The notes under the pieces were generated by a model. The model saw only the letters and a list, made by a program, of their open reading frames with translations, was not told the origin of the DNA and did not search any database. From Candidatus Latescibacterota bacterium (GTDB lineage Bacteria; Latescibacterota; UBA2968; UBA8231): a stretch of DNA of 64,000 bases. Positions 20,530 to 30,776 of this stretch are shown piece after piece; the stretch's first letter is position 1, and the number at the start of each line of letters is the position of its first letter. Position numbers and translations under genes: made by a program. The stretch lies in NCBI GenBank assembly GCA_965203175.1, contig OZ241867.1, positions 4,544,001-4,608,000 of the forward strand, read 5' to 3'.

Positions 20530-21465
20530 ATGTCCGACTTTCCACTTTTTCCCGCCCAAGCCTCCACCATCGCCTGGCAAGTAGATGCCCTGTACGCATT
20601 CTTGCTCGTCTTGACTGTGATTTTCTGCCTGCTCGTCTTCGGTATGGTAATCATCTTCGCCATCAAGTACCGCCGCCGCTCTGAAGACGAACAGCCCGAG
20701 CAAACTCACGGCAATCTCGTCCTCGAATTATCTTGGACCATCATCCCACTCTTTTTGGCGCTTTTTGTCTTTTTGCTCGGAGCCGATGTCTTCTTCCGGC
20801 TCCAGCGGCCGCCGTCCGACCCCTTGGAGATTTACGCGGTCGGCAAGCAGTGGATGTGGAAAATCCAACACGAATCGGGCAAGCGAGAAATCAATACTCT
20901 GCACGTACCCAAGGGCCAGCCCGTCCGCCTTACCATGACCTCAGAGGACGTAATCCACGACTTTTTCATCCCAGCCTTCCGCGTCAAAAACGACGTGTTG
21001 CCCGGGCGCTACACGACTCTGTGGTTCGAAGCCACGCAGACAGGCGAGTTCCACTTGTTTTGCGCTGAGTATTGCGGCACCCAGCACGCGGGCATGATCG
21101 GCAAGGTGATCGTCTTAGAGCCAGCGGATTACCACGACTGGCTGATGGGAGCGTCCAGTGGCGAATCCATGGTCGAGGCCGGTGAGCGCCAGTTCCAGCA
21201 ACTCGGCTGCGAGACCTGCCACAAATCCACGGCCACGGGTCGCGGGCCTTCGTTGGTCGGGATTTACGACAAACCGGTGACACTCAGCAACGGGCAAGAA
21301 GTCGTCGTCGATAGCGACTACATCCGCGAGTCCATACTCCAACCCCAGGCCAAAATCGTCGCTGGGTACGAGCCGATTATGCCCATCTTTGAAGGGCAGA
21401 TCAGCGAGCAGTCGCTGTTGCAAATCGCATCCTATATCGAATCCCTGAGTGAGTCCGCAGAGTGA
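20530..21465 (+). CDS. coxB: cytochrome c oxidase subunit II with fused cytochrome c (caa3 type)
   Basis: CuA ligands DVIH...[12 protein letters not shown]; C-terminal CETCH heme motif. Confidence 0.96.
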   Translation: MSDFPLFPAQASTIAWQVDALYAFLLVLTVIFCLLVFGMVIIFAIKYRRRSEDEQPEQTHGNLVLELSWTIIPLFLALFVFLLGADVFFRLQRPPSDPLEIYAVGKQWMWKIQHESGKREINTLHVPKGQPVRLTMTSEDVIHDFFIPAFRVKNDVLPGRYTTLWFEATQTGEFHLFCAEYCGTQHAGMIGKVIVLEPADYHDWLMGASSGESMVEAGERQFQQLGCETCHKSTATGRGPSLVGIYDKPVTLSNGQEVVVDSDYIRESILQPQAKIVAGYEPIMPIFEGQISEQSLLQIASYIESLSESAE

Positions 21466-21490
21466 ACATCTCAACGAGGTCATTCAAGCC

Positions 21491-23158
21491 ATGAGCCACG
21501 CAGTCAGCGCCAACGGCGAGCCGAGAAACTATCTCAACGAAACGTATGGGATCAAATCTTGGCTCCTGACCCTAGACCACAAGCGCATCGGTATCCTCTA
21601 CTTGATAACGCTGGCGGTCTTCTTCTTGGTCGGCAGCATGTTCGCCAGCCTCATTCGCTTTGAGTTGATGACGCCCAAAGGCGATTTGGTCGAAGCAGAG
21701 ACCTACAACAAGCTCTTCACCATGCACGGGGTGGTGATGATCTTCTTCTTTCTGATCCCCTCGATCCCGGCGGTGTTGGGCAACTTTCTTATTCCCCTAC
21801 AGATCGGCGCGCGGGACGTGGCCTTCCCCCGCTTAAATCTCCTCAGCTATTACCTCTACGTCGCCGGCGGGGCCTTCGCCGTGCTGGCCATCATTATGGG
21901 GGGCATTGATACGGGTTGGACCTTTTACACGCCTTATAGCAGTACGTACTCCACTTCGTTCGTTTCCCTAGCCTTAGTCGGCGTTTTTGTCAACGGCTTC
22001 TCTTCGATCCTCACCGGGGTCAACTTCATGGTCACCATCCACAAGATGCGGGCCCCAGGTATGACGTGGTTCCGCTTGCCGCTTTTTATTTGGGGGCACT
22101 ACGCGACCAGCTTGATTCAGGTCCTAGGCACCCCGGTGGTGGCCATCACCTTGTTGCTGGTTTGCTTCGAGCGCGCCTTCAAGATCGGCATTTTCGATCC
22201 CAATTACGGCGGTGATCCGGTGCTTTTCCAGCACATGTTTTGGTTTTACTCGCATCCGGCCGTGTACATCATGATCTTGCCGGGCTTTGCCGTCATCAGC
22301 GATGTCATAGCTTGCTTCTCGCGCAAGCGCGTCTTCGGCTATTCCTTTGTGGCTTTTTCCTCGCTGGCCATCGCCGTCCTTGGCTTTCTCGTCTGGGGCC
22401 ACCATTTGTTCGTATCGGGCCAATCCACCTATGCCAGCATGGTTTTTTCCTTCATCACCTTTTTCATCGCCGTACCCACGGCCATCAAAATTTTCAACTG
22501 GGCTTTCACTCTCCACAAAGCCTCGGTTAAGCTAGACTCGCCGATGCTCTACGTGATGGGCTTTATCGGCCTTTTCACCATCGGCGGCCTGACGGGCCTG
22601 TTCCTCTCCACCTTGGGCATAGACGTCCATCTCCACGATACCTACTTCGTGGTTGCCCATTTTCACTATGTCATGGTGGGCGGCATGGTCATGGGGTTCC
22701 TCTGCGGCCTGCATTTTTGGTGGCCTAAAATGACCGGGCGCATGTACTCGGAAGGGGCGGCCAAGCTCGGCGTCATGTTCGTCTTCGCCGGGTTCAACTT
22801 GACCTTCTTCCCGCAATTTATCTTGGGTTACTTGGGAATGCCTCGGCGCTATCACGCCTATCCCGAGGAATGGCAAGCCCTCAACATCATGTCCACGGCG
22901 GGCGCCACTGTCCTCGGCTTGGGCTTCACACTGACCATCGTCTATCTCCTCTGGTCCTTGTTTAAGGGCGAGAAGGCCACCGCCAATCCGTTCCAAGCCA
23001 AGGGCCTTGAATGGGACATCCCCTCGCCGCCCATAGCCCACAATTTTGAAGCCATCCCGATAGTTACCTGGGAAGCCTATCCGTACGGTGAGGAGGAACC
23101 GGCGGAACCGAGTACTGAGGCCGTACCTGAACGCGCTAAGGAGGATGAAGTTGTCTGA
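21491..23158 (+). CDS. coxA: cytochrome c oxidase subunit I (type A2)
   Basis: [24 protein letters not shown] (YS motif), VWGHH, AHFHYV, GMPRRY. Confidence 0.97.
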   Translation: MSHAVSANGEPRNYLNETYGIKSWLLTLDHKRIGILYLITLAVFFLVGSMFASLIRFELMTPKGDLVEAETYNKLFTMHGVVMIFFFLIPSIPAVLGNFLIPLQIGARDVAFPRLNLLSYYLYVAGGAFAVLAIIMGGIDTGWTFYTPYSSTYSTSFVSLALVGVFVNGFSSILTGVNFMVTIHKMRAPGMTWFRLPLFIWGHYATSLIQVLGTPVVAITLLLVCFERAFKIGIFDPNYGGDPVLFQHMFWFYSHPAVYIMILPGFAVISDVIACFSRKRVFGYSFVAFSSLAIAVLGFLVWGHHLFVSGQSTYASMVFSFITFFIAVPTAIKIFNWAFTLHKASVKLDSPMLYVMGFIGLFTIGGLTGLFLSTLGIDVHLHDTYFVVAHFHYVMVGGMVMGFLCGLHFWWPKMTGRMYSEGAAKLGVMFVFAGFNLTFFPQFILGYLGMPRRYHAYPEEWQALNIMSTAGATVLGLGFTLTIVYLLWSLFKGEKATANPFQAKGLEWDIPSPPIAHNFEAIPIVTWEAYPYGEEEPAEPSTEAVPERAKEDEVV

Positions 23159-23813
23159 TCACGCACATAGCGCCCACCACCTACACCAGTTCGAGACGGC
23201 GCAGCAGCAATACGAAGCCGCTAGTCTCGGCATGTGGGCGTTCATCATCCAGGAAATCCTGTTCTTCGGGGGGTTGTTCGGTGCCTATACTGTGTACCGC
23301 AACGAATATATTGAAGCCTTTACCGCTGGCTCTAAGCTCCTCAGCATCGGCTGGGGCACCTTCAACACCATCGTGCTGATCGCCAGCAGTCTGACCATGG
23401 CGCTAGCCGTCCGCGCCGCGCAGACCAATGCTGGTCGCAACGCGATTACGGGGTGGCTCGTCGCCACGATCATTCTCGGCTGCGCTTTCTTAGGCGTCAA
23501 GTACATCGAGTACAGCCACAAGTTGCACCAGAACCTCATCCCCGCCGGCAGCATGTTCCAGTGGAACGACCCGGCGGTCACGCTCGGCAACGCCAAAATT
23601 TTCTTCTCGTTTTACTTCGTGATGACCGGGATGCACGCGCTGCACATGGTCGTTGGCGTCGGCATCATGCTGTGGATGATCGCCAAGGTCCGGCGCAACG
23701 AGATCTCGGCTCAGTACTTTACGCCGATTGAAATCAGCGGCCTTTATTGGCACTTCGTCGATATCGTGTGGATTTTCCTCTTCCCGCTGCTCTATCTGAT
23801 TGGACGCCACTAA
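23151..23813 (+). CDS. coxC: cytochrome c oxidase subunit III
   Basis: [33 protein letters not shown]; TTG start 6 nt after AAGGAGG. Confidence 0.95.
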   Translation: MSDHAHSAHHLHQFETAQQQYEAASLGMWAFIIQEILFFGGLFGAYTVYRNEYIEAFTAGSKLLSIGWGTFNTIVLIASSLTMALAVRAAQTNAGRNAITGWLVATIILGCAFLGVKYIEYSHKLHQNLIPAGSMFQWNDPAVTLGNAKIFFSFYFVMTGMHALHMVVGVGIMLWMIAKVRRNEISAQYFTPIEISGLYWHFVDIVWIFLFPLLYLIGRH

Positions 23814-24154
23814 TGTCTGAACATCACTCTGAACACCATGTCGTCCCACTCAAGATCTACTTTCTGATCTTCTTCGCCCTGATGATCGGCACGGTAATCA
23901 CGGTGGCTGCCGCCTTCGTCGACATGGGCTTTTTGAATACCCCGGTCGCCCTGATCATCGCTTTAGTAAAGGCATCGCTGGTCATCTTGTTCTTCATGCA
24001 CGTGAAATACAGCCCCAAGCTAGTCGGGCTTTTCGCGGTCGCCGGCTTTTTCTGGCTGTGCATCCTGCTGGCCTTGACCATGCAGGACTACTACACGCGC
24101 GGCTGGGGTCAAGAAGCACCGGTGGAGTTTCTCAAGCAGGGATCTTTCTTCTAA
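23813..24154 (+). CDS. coxD: cytochrome c oxidase subunit IV family
   Basis: Three TMs, IA.VKASLVILFFMHVKY; TAATG overlap. Confidence 0.9.
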   Translation: MSEHHSEHHVVPLKIYFLIFFALMIGTVITVAAAFVDMGFLNTPVALIIALVKASLVILFFMHVKYSPKLVGLFAVAGFFWLCILLALTMQDYYTRGWGQEAPVEFLKQGSFF

Positions 24155-24183
24155 ATCCTAACCCCTCTACAGTATTTCACGAA

Positions 24184-24217
24184 AATAGCCCGGGCCGCTT
24201 GAGCGATCCGGGCTATT
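24184..24217. terminator. hairpin between convergent genes
   Basis: AATAGCCCGG...CCGGGCTATT inverted repeat downstream of coxD. Confidence 0.65.
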
Positions 24218-24258
24218 GTATTGCCGCAATGTTCTACCTTCTACCTTGCTGGTCGTCC

Positions 24259-24840
24259 TCACTCTGAACTGGCTACCATAGTTTCGGCTAGCGCAAAACA
24301 GCAGGAACTGCGGGCTTGGCCCAAGCTTTTGCTCCAGGCATCGCGTGGATAGGGGCGACCGGGTACAGCCATATCGTCGAGTTGCATCTGGCCGGCAGCA
24401 GCAAAAATCAGCACCGTGAAGACGATGTGCGGGTTGACGGTGGGCGGGCCAACTAAGGGGCTTTCCAATTGCTCCCAAGTGGCAGTCAGAGCGTGGGACT
24501 CGCTTTGGATAGTCCAAGAAGGATTGTGGTCGATGTGACCGGCGCGGCTGAAGGAGGCGGGCCATTGAGGCAGGTCGCGGTCGAATGGATTATTGCTGCC
24601 GCGAATCATGGTGGCCGTAATAAAATCGGCCAAGTCGGGGTTGTCGGAGCAGACGGCGGTCAGGCCCTCGGAGCCGGGAATGTCGATATAGGCCACCGTT
24701 CCCTGACCTGCAGGGCTGTAGGCGGCGTAGTATAGACTGAGTTGTCCGCTATCGGCTTGGCTCCCAGGCAGGCGCAGATAGAGAATCCAGTGTTCGCCGG
24801 ACCAGAGGAGCGGACCGCGGCTGAGGGTGGCTTGGGTCAT
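24259..24840 (-). CDS. hypothetical protein
   Basis: 193-aa ORF in the minus-strand gene run; no family recognised. Confidence 0.75.
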   Translation of the reverse strand: MTQATLSRGPLLWSGEHWILYLRLPGSQADSGQLSLYYAAYSPAGQGTVAYIDIPGSEGLTAVCSDNPDLADFITATMIRGSNNPFDRDLPQWPASFSRAGHIDHNPSWTIQSESHALTATWEQLESPLVGPPTVNPHIVFTVLIFAAAGQMQLDDMAVPGRPYPRDAWSKSLGQARSSCCFALAETMVASSE

Positions 24841-24861
24841 GGATTGAACTCTTCGCGGACC

Positions 24862-25224
24862 TCAAGCAATGTCGCGGACGAGCACTAAAATCGCTGCCTG
24901 CGGCACGACGATGAACTTCTCGTCGTCGAACTTAATTTCTACCGCGTCTTTGCGCAGGAAAATGGCGTGGTCGCCTTTTTTGGCCTGGAGGCCGATGTAG
25001 CGCATCTGCTCGCCCCCCTCTTCCCAAGGTGCACCGTCGTCATCGGCTTTTGGCGGCAAGGGAACGCCTGGCCCCACTTCTTCGACACGCCCGCTTTGCA
25101 CATTCTCCTTTTCTAAGGCGGTCGGCGGCAGATAAAGCCCCACGGCCGTGCGCTCTTCCATGTCGTCAACCCGGATTAGCACGCGGTCGCCGACTACGTA
25201 CAGTTCCTTGTCGCCCCTAATCAT
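24862..25224 (-). CDS. co-chaperonin GroES/Cpn10 family protein
   Basis: VGDRVLI, T.vGLYLP mobile loop, G.V.EVGPG, K.GD, IL; ATG 25224. Confidence 0.88.
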   Translation of the reverse strand: MIRGDKELYVVGDRVLIRVDDMEERTAVGLYLPPTALEKENVQSGRVEEVGPGVPLPPKADDDGAPWEEGGEQMRYIGLQAKKGDHAIFLRKDAVEIKFDDEKFIVVPQAAILVLVRDIA

Positions 25225-25249
25225 CTGCTTCTGTACTCCTCTTGGATTA

Positions 25250-26464
25250 TTAAGACGCCAGCCGCAAACATTCGCCGTAGCGCTCGAAGCGCTCTCCTTC
25301 CTCCTCTTCTGGATCGACGTACTTGAGCCAAAGGGCACTGTCCTTCTTATCGCCGCTGAGATCGCGGCGGCTACCCAGATTGCTCGGATCGACGCCGTTC
25401 CACACCACTTGGCCATCCTGTAGGTAGATGAATTGCCCGCCATAGCGGCCAATCAGTTGATCCTGTTGATCTTGGTAGATCAGCCCCTGTTCACAAGTAG
25501 TGCGCCGCCAGTTGGCTACCGTGGCGTCTGAGTCCGTAGATACGGAGTCGAATTCGGCCAACGGGGCCTCGACCTCGCTCGCAAAGTCGATCTCGTCCAA
25601 ATCCACCGTGCCAAAGCCGCGCGCGGCAGCTATCAGCAAGTGATTGCGGTCGCGGCGGAAAGGCGGAGTCGGCCAATCGGATTGGGGATCGTGGCCCATC
25701 AGGGTCATGCCGCAGGCATCCGTCGCCACTGGATGATCGCCAGCCATCAAGGCATTGCAAATCCGGCCCTCACCGCCCCATTCACGGCCCCATTGGCCGG
25801 TGAGGGCCTCGACGATGTTGAGGCAGGGCTTGGTAATCAAGCCCAAGTCCGGCAGGACATAGGAAAGCCGGATTATATGGTGATAGTACGACCGCGTCCG
25901 CCCTTCCGGCGGAATCATTGGAGGCAGGCCAAAAAGGTTTTTCAGAGTCAAGGTAATGCCCATAAAGGCGTGATTCTTCATCTTGGCGATGGAGACCATC
26001 TCGTCGGCCTCGGCAAAGACCGAGTTGAGCACGTAGTGGTCGAACATGCAGCCGCCATCGGGCACGGCAAAAGTAGTAAAGGGCGGCAAATTGCCATCGA
26101 CGAAGCGGACGCCAAACTCGTCCAACAAGTAGCGGTAGTTAAAATCGTCTGGGGTCACATGGCCATTGCTGTATGGATAGGTATCTACCGCCACGAGCTC
26201 GGCCGTCGTCCGCTCCCGCAACAGGCGCAACACCGCACGGGCCACCGCGTCATCGACCAATTCTCGGCGGCGACCAGCAAAATACTCAACGCGCTCCGGC
26301 GGCTTGATCATGTTAAACTTCAGCGCGATCCGCCTCGCCTTGGCTAACTTTTCCCACGATCGTTCTAGCGGTTCGGTAGTGCGCTTGAGCACTTGATATA
26401 TTTCTTCATCGCTCGCCTGATGGTCGCAATGCGAAGCTCGGACCTTGTACTGTTTGTCGCTCAT
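25250..26464 (-). CDS. DUF362 domain protein
   Basis: IALKFN, SIAKMKNH, TLTLKNLFG, D.VATDA; ATG 26464 after AAGGAG. Confidence 0.85.
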   Translation of the reverse strand: MSDKQYKVRASHCDHQASDEEIYQVLKRTTEPLERSWEKLAKARRIALKFNMIKPPERVEYFAGRRRELVDDAVARAVLRLLRERTTAELVAVDTYPYSNGHVTPDDFNYRYLLDEFGVRFVDGNLPPFTTFAVPDGGCMFDHYVLNSVFAEADEMVSIAKMKNHAFMGITLTLKNLFGLPPMIPPEGRTRSYYHHIIRLSYVLPDLGLITKPCLNIVEALTGQWGREWGGEGRICNALMAGDHPVATDACGMTLMGHDPQSDWPTPPFRRDRNHLLIAAARGFGTVDLDEIDFASEVEAPLAEFDSVSTDSDATVANWRRTTCEQGLIYQDQQDQLIGRYGGQFIYLQDGQVVWNGVDPSNLGSRRDLSGDKKDSALWLKYVDPEEEEGERFERYGECLRLAS

Positions 26465-26585
26465 GGAACGCTCCTTTGAGGCCTTTTCACTGTGCGTGCT
26501 AGGTGATATATTGGAAAACATATTGTGCGACTTTTCTCTGTCAAGCCAGCCGCTCTTCCCTCTCATCCTCAGCAAAGGGTATCCC

Positions 26586-27413
26586 ATGAGACCGCTGGTC
26601 CTGTTCCACGGAGGCTGCAACGACGGCTTCTGTGCCGCGTGGATCTATCGCCGCTACGTAAACCCGCAAACCGAGTTTAAGGCGGTTCAATACAATACCG
26701 ATCCACCGGCTACGGCTGGTCGCGACGTCGTCATCCTCGACTTCAGCTATGAGCGGGCACAGCTCATGGAGATGCACGAACGCGCCCGCTCGCTCTTGGT
26801 TTTGGACCATCATGAGACGGCTGCGGACGCCTTAGCTGGACTCGACTATTGCGTATTCGCCGAGGGCAAGTCTGGCGCACGCATGACTTGGGAGTACTTT
26901 TTCGACCCCCGCTCTCAGGTCAGTGCCCACGACGTTCCCTGGCTAGTGGCCTATACCGAAGACCGCGACCTATGGCGATGGACTTTGCCCGATTCCAAGG
27001 CCGTCAACGCTGCCCTCGCCTCATACCCACGAGACTTTGCCGTGTGGGACAAAATCGCCGAGCGGGGACCGCAAGCTCTCGCCGTGGAGGGGCAAGCGAT
27101 TCTCCGCTTCCAATACCGGCTCATCCGGCCGCGTGTGCGGAATCACGGTTGGACCACCATTAGTGGCTTTCGCGTCCCCATCACCAATGCCACGTTTCTG
27201 ACCTCTGAAATCGGCAATGCCCTCGCCGAAGGGCATCCTTTTTCCGCGGTGTTCTTCATCCGCCCCGACAGCAAGGTCGTGTACAATCTGCGCTCCAAGG
27301 GGGACGCGGCCGCGGATGTGGGCCGCATCGCGCGCAATTACGGCGGTGGAGGGCACAAGCACGCGGCGGCTTTTACCTTGGAGACCATGTTGCCGATGGA
27401 AGCTGATACCTAG
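26586..27413 (+). CDS. DHH/DHHA1 family phosphoesterase
   Basis: FHGGCNDG, ILDFS, LDHH, EDRDLW, GGGGHKHAAAF. Confidence 0.9.
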   Translation: MRPLVLFHGGCNDGFCAAWIYRRYVNPQTEFKAVQYNTDPPATAGRDVVILDFSYERAQLMEMHERARSLLVLDHHETAADALAGLDYCVFAEGKSGARMTWEYFFDPRSQVSAHDVPWLVAYTEDRDLWRWTLPDSKAVNAALASYPRDFAVWDKIAERGPQALAVEGQAILRFQYRLIRPRVRNHGWTTISGFRVPITNATFLTSEIGNALAEGHPFSAVFFIRPDSKVVYNLRSKGDAAADVGRIARNYGGGGHKHAAAFTLETMLPMEADT

Positions 27414-28214
27414 ATGACCCCCGAACAGCGCTATCTATTCGACATCAACGGCTATTTGCACCTTCCCAACGTGCTCAGCGGCGGCGAACTAGCAGCCGCC
27501 CGAGCAGCCATAGATCGCTATATGGCCACGCCCGACGATGAACTGCCCGAGGGCTTTTCCCGCTCCAACGAAGGCAAGTTCTACGCCAACGGTTTTGCCT
27601 TCGACAAGGCGCTCGAATCCTTGATCTTCCACCCGATCCTGTGGCCCATCATCAAAGAATTCACCCACGATCGGCCTGCTTTTTCCCGGGGTACCCTGTT
27701 GATAGATAGTCACCAGCACGAGCCGGCGCGCCTGCATTGTGCTCGCGAAGATTTCGGCTGGCAAAGCACGCGCTACGACACCCGCGAGGACCGCATCTTC
27801 TGCGACGATTTTGTCATTTTCCCCTATTTCGACAACGTCTTTCCAAGCGACGGCGGCTTATTGGTGGTCCCTGGCTCGCACAAGGCGGCGTTTGCGCGTC
27901 CGCCCAGCCTGTTCAACGGCGGCGTCATCGCCGAGTTGGAGGACCTACCTGTTGGGGTTGTCAATGTAACACCGAGGGCCGGAGACGTCGTGGTAATGAC
28001 GGAAATGCTGGCCCACGGAACCTTGCAATGGAAGCCCAAAGATCGCCTACGACGCACCTTGGTGTTGCGCTATCGGCCCCAATTCAAGGGCCAAGCTGCG
28101 GTCCCGGAAGTCCTCTACGACCGCTTGTCGCCACAAACTATAGAACTGATGGCTCCGGCTCACTACACCCATGTCAAGGAGATCGTCAAGGAGGACGTGG
28201 TACGGCTCGCGTAA
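27414..28214 (+). CDS. phytanoyl-CoA dioxygenase (PhyH) family protein
   Basis: QRYLFDINGYL, GGLLVVPGSHK, AGDVVVMTE.LAHGT, RRTLVLRY. Confidence 0.88.
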   Translation: MTPEQRYLFDINGYLHLPNVLSGGELAAARAAIDRYMATPDDELPEGFSRSNEGKFYANGFAFDKALESLIFHPILWPIIKEFTHDRPAFSRGTLLIDSHQHEPARLHCAREDFGWQSTRYDTREDRIFCDDFVIFPYFDNVFPSDGGLLVVPGSHKAAFARPPSLFNGGVIAELEDLPVGVVNVTPRAGDVVVMTEMLAHGTLQWKPKDRLRRTLVLRYRPQFKGQAAVPEVLYDRLSPQTIELMAPAHYTHVKEIVKEDVVRLA

Positions 28215-28232
28215 ACAAAATCAACATCAAGC

Positions 28233-28272
28233 AAAACAGGCACCTGCGATCGGTCGCAAGTGCCTGTTTTTT
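28233..28272. terminator. bidirectional intrinsic terminator
   Basis: AAAACAGGCAC..GCGA..TCGC..GTGCCTGTTTTTTT between convergent phyH and tRNA-Lys. Confidence 0.8.
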
Positions 28273-28348
28273 TGGTGAGCCCACTGGGAGTCGAACCCAG
28301 GACCTACGGATTAAAAGTCCGGTGCTCTACCAGCTGAGCTATAGGCTC
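28273..28348 (-). tRNA. tRNA-Lys(TTT)
   Basis: Reverse complement GAGCCTATAGCTCAGCTGGTAGAGCACCGGACTTTTAATCCGTAGGTCCTGGGTTCGACTCCCAGTGGGCTCACCA. Confidence 0.97.
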
Positions 28349-28455
28349 TATCGGTGCTGTATCTAATTCAAAATAAGCGGTTTGCGTGTCCCTCGCAAGA
28401 CTTCCTACTGCATTGGTGGCTTTTATCCTAGGCCTAGCGGTACCCGCCAATAAGC

Positions 28456-30744
28456 TCAATAGGCCAACGCGATAATTTGGGTCGTTTTATGCGTCTGCGC
28501 ATCGCCTTGTACCACAATTCGCAAAATATAGTTGCCCGGCGCGACCAGTTGCCCGGATTCGTCCTGGCCGTCCCAACTCAATGTTATCGGCCCGGCTGTT
28601 TGCTGCTGGTCGTGTAGCACCCGGATTTCCCGTCCGCTCAGGTCGTAGAGTGCCACGTGCAGCAAACGGGGCTGGAGAATATTCAACAGGGCGAACTCTA
28701 TCTGCAGCAAATCGCCGATACCATCGCCGTTGGGGGTCACGAGCGCGGCCGACAACGCAAGTCCGTCAATCAACGCGGGGCCGACCGGTAGCGACACGGC
28801 GATCACTTCACTGGCAACCGCGTCGCTGGCATCACCCACATCCACCCGCTGCCTTATCTGTCGCTCTCTCCGACCACTGGCCAAGAAGGCCTCAAAGGGC
28901 ATCTGTTGGCGATATATGGTGCTGGCGAAGTCAAGCTCGATCAACCCGGCCCGGACGAACGGATTGGCAAAGGTAATGTCCCATCCGCCGTCCACTCGGG
29001 CGACCTCCGCGTTCAATACCTGCCCCCCAGAGCGGATCTCGTCAAGCTCAATGTCTGCTTTTGAACGCATGAGCAACTGATCGAAACCCGTGCTACCGGC
29101 ACCGACATCCCAACCAAGATAATAGGTGAACTCCGTGCGCTGCCCTGGTTCGGCCTGAATCGGGTAGATCTCCGCTCGCGTTGCTGCTGCCAACGGCTCG
29201 GCGTAGCTGAGGACCATCTCGTCGAGGATCGCCCCCTGCATGGGGTCGTCGCTGAGCAAATAGGCCTGCAATTGGACGAAACGCCTCGGCGTTGGCGAGA
29301 GAAAACCCCGATCTGACCGCTCGTACGCCTGACTCCAGATACTCCAATCGTCGCCGGGCGAACGGACCGTATCAATCCTGCCTTTAAAACTCGGTATGAG
29401 CTTGTTGTATTTCCTCTCGGTTACTTCCTTGCCGTTTTTGTCGTGGAAGACATAGGACTCCTGCAACAAGTTGCCCGTCCGCGAACGAATTTCTACGCGG
29501 GCCCCCTCAGGTGTCTCGACCTGCCAACTCAACCCCGTGGCGTTGCGCACCGCCCCCAGATCGTAGATCGGGGATTGCATGATGGTGCCGGCGGGATAGC
29601 CTTCGCCAAAGACCTGGAATTCGGCTGTCGTACCCGTGATGCAACACTGCCTGTTCGGATAGCGCATCCGCAGATAGCGCAGTGGCCGGAGCGAGAACTG
29701 CTCTTCAAAATGGACAATATCGCGCAAATTGCGGGGGTGTTCGGGCAACTCCCCTAGGACCTGCCAGCGCAGCGATCCGTCCGGTGCCAGCGATCCGTCC
29801 GACCCCCAGATGATATACCAAGGGAAGTGGATGGCGTTGCGCCGGGTCCAGCGCCAGTCAACGCTGCTGGGTGCAATGCCAGCCAGATCGCCCAAAATCC
29901 GCACCCGATCCACCCAGTATAGGGCACCCAAATCAAAGGTAAATTCCGTGTCGCCCGGTTGGGAAAACCCCCAGTAGCGCCAACTCGACACAATATCGCC
30001 GTCGATCAGCGCGTTGCTATTGCCCGTTGACTCGTAGCCTTCGGCCCGCGTGCCGATTTCGTTGAGGATATCGACCTGACCGCCGCGTTCCCGCATCCCC
30101 AGCGAGATATTGTCCCCCACGGCCTCTACCTCAATCGAACTAATTCCCGCGCCCACGGTGGGCAAGTCCACTTCAATGCGGATGAATTGCAGTGGCTTAA
30201 GGCCGTATTCGATGACCAACTCCCGCTGCTGGTTAAAGCTGTAGCGGACGCGATCGCTGTAGCGCACAATGCTCGGCAGAGGCAGTCCGGTCGAATCAAA
30301 AAAGCGCTCGCCATTGGACAGCAGAACCTGAAAAAGCTCCAGTGGCGGCCCATCTTCTCTGAGCCGCAAGACCACGCGCCGCGCGGAAACGACGCGGCCC
30401 AGATCGACCTCGACGTACATATTCTCGGGATCATCGCCCCAATCGGGAGCCCAGAAGCTGCTCAAGCTCCCGTCGATTAGGTTACCAGCATCGCCGCTGT
30501 TGGAGCCTGCAGCGCGGATGCCCCCGCCGAAATCTCCAGCATTGGCGACCGCGTCGATATCCCGCCGCACGAATCTGGGACCGGCCTTCCCTCGGCTGAT
30601 TTCGATTGCGTCGCCAGGCCGCTGCCACTCCCTCCAATCCGCGCTGGTCCCAATCCTCAGCTCCTCGCCCGTCGCGGATGAATATACCATACCGCAAAGC
30701 AGCAGGACCCAAAGAGCAAACCCCAACTGGCGTTTATTTTCCAC
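28456..30744 (-). CDS. secreted protein with discoidin-like domains and C-terminal FlgD Ig-like domain
   Basis: Signal peptide; two NLIDG...W..VDLG segments; TPNGDGIGD, YDLSGR, WDGQDESGQLVAPG.YI C-terminus. Confidence 0.85.
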   Translation of the reverse strand: MENKRQLGFALWVLLLCGMVYSSATGEELRIGTSADWREWQRPGDAIEISRGKAGPRFVRRDIDAVANAGDFGGGIRAAGSNSGDAGNLIDGSLSSFWAPDWGDDPENMYVEVDLGRVVSARRVVLRLREDGPPLELFQVLLSNGERFFDSTGLPLPSIVRYSDRVRYSFNQQRELVIEYGLKPLQFIRIEVDLPTVGAGISSIEVEAVGDNISLGMRERGGQVDILNEIGTRAEGYESTGNSNALIDGDIVSSWRYWGFSQPGDTEFTFDLGALYWVDRVRILGDLAGIAPSSVDWRWTRRNAIHFPWYIIWGSDGSLAPDGSLRWQVLGELPEHPRNLRDIVHFEEQFSLRPLRYLRMRYPNRQCCITGTTAEFQVFGEGYPAGTIMQSPIYDLGAVRNATGLSWQVETPEGARVEIRSRTGNLLQESYVFHDKNGKEVTERKYNKLIPSFKGRIDTVRSPGDDWSIWSQAYERSDRGFLSPTPRRFVQLQAYLLSDDPMQGAILDEMVLSYAEPLAAATRAEIYPIQAEPGQRTEFTYYLGWDVGAGSTGFDQLLMRSKADIELDEIRSGGQVLNAEVARVDGGWDITFANPFVRAGLIELDFASTIYRQQMPFEAFLASGRRERQIRQRVDVGDASDAVASEVIAVSLPVGPALIDGLALSAALVTPNGDGIGDLLQIEFALLNILQPRLLHVALYDLSGREIRVLHDQQQTAGPITLSWDGQDESGQLVAPGNYILRIVVQGDAQTHKTTQIIALAY

Positions 30745-30776
30745 GGTACGACTCCCGCGCTCGGGTATAAAGTACC

